A DNA stretch of 64,000 nucleotides, from positions 12,042,830 to 12,106,829 of the forward strand of contig OZ316896.1 in assembly GCA_973895155.1 (NCBI GenBank). Reading direction: 5' to 3'. Position 1 is the first letter of the stretch; each line of letters begins with the position of its first letter. The stretch is from Marsupella aquatica. Its lineage: Eukaryota; Plantae; Marchantiophyta. Shown in pieces: positions 63,010 to 64,000 of the stretch. Below the pieces are notes generated by a model. The model did no database searches. It was not told the DNA's origin and saw only the letters and a program-made list of their open reading frames with translations. The translations under genes and the position numbers were made by a program.

Positions 63010-63540
63010 CATGTTATGATGGAACATTGACATGTGTTACCACCTCGGGATGGAGTTCCAGACAGGTGTTATGCTGATTTGGTCTTCTCTCGCGCTGGTG
63101 TTTGTGCCCTTGGGGATGTGATTGTTGCTGATCTCACAAGTGAAGCCAATGTGGTGTCCGCTGCCCATGTCCAGGGCCATGCTGCAGTGAGGGCTGCTCA
63201 CCTTAAAGAGGCTTAGGCTATGCGTTACCCGAGTGACCTTTTCTACCCATTCGTTGTGGAGATCTTTGGAGTGTTGCACCCCGACTTTTGACCATTTCGA
63301 TCTTGCGTTCTTGTGCAATTCATTATGTTGAGCGTAGGCCTTATCCCCCGAGTGTATGATCATGACCTTTTTTATACAGTGGGTGTCTATTGCTCTTCAA
63401 CGGGCACAGGCCTTCACTATTCTTTGTAGAAGAGATGGCAGTTGGAGTCTGGGCATCTAGTCGGATTCCCTTGCTTGACCCTCCTATGCAATTCACGTCT
63501 GAGCTTTACCAGGCTCTTCAATTTGCAGGTAGGTAGACTT
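63010..63540 (+). mobile_element. 3' fragment of an RLE-type (CRE/R2-like) non-LTR retrotransposon, degenerate
   Basis: Across frames: ADLVFSRAG...LGDVIVAD...HAAVRAAHLKEA...FYPFVVEIFGVLHP...QWVSIALQRAQAFTIL, typical of the restriction-like endonuclease C-terminus; followed by a T-rich 3' tail. Confidence 0.75.
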
Positions 63541-64000
63541 TAGGTTTGTGTGTCTTTTGTTTTCCTTGCGCTGGGCTTGTGCCTGAGTGGTCTTTTTGGA
63601 TTTTGGCCTCTTTTCTTGTTCCCCCTTTTGGCCTGTGGGATCATGTCTCCCGGTTCAGCACCCCCTGCTTTTTGGCAGTTTGAGATATATTTTCAATATG
63701 CCTTTTGATTTTTGGCTGACTTTGGATCCCATTTCTACTATCTTATCCTCCAAACTGGTAGCAATTATTTACTTGCCTCCCCCAACTAATTTCATTATCA
63801 GGTTGCCCCATCATATGGTGTGCTGTTTGGATCAACTTGACTATACTAACCCGAGAGGACTGTGTGATTAGTTTGTGAACTCATGATTGGAGGTTTGTGA
63901 TTTGCCTGTGCTAACATTTTCCAATAATACTTTCACCTTGGACCACTTTTTCCTATCCAACACTCCCCCAAATGCACTGGTTGACTATTGTCCACAAGCA

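Overview
Eukaryotic, intron-containing nuclear DNA from a land plant (probably an early-diverging lineage; inference). There are three recognisable host genes: a 7-exon D-cysteine desulfhydrase 2 (+, 15380-18662), a many-exon AIR9 microtubule-associated protein (+, 39861-53493) and an intronless BAHD acyltransferase with an apparent premature stop (-, ~60135-61622). They are separated by CpG-poor, TE-rich spacers holding a TA-flanked MITE, minisatellites, a CRE-like non-LTR remnant and dispersed repeats. The most unusual part is 1-10.9 kb, a decaying DNA transposon whose left end lies outside the window. Its DUF7869/Sola1-like DDD transposase points right. A divergent, tightly packed cargo arm points left and carries three tandem F-box paralogs plus a long gene that appears to fuse a ParB/Srx-like (GGQH) domain to a degenerate beta-class N4/N6 DNA-methyltransferase-like domain. 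An 18-bp CpG-rich dyad, SACGC-N8-GCGTS, occurs 12 times, all in introns and spacers of this element. All domain calls are by-eye motif recognition, not database searches.
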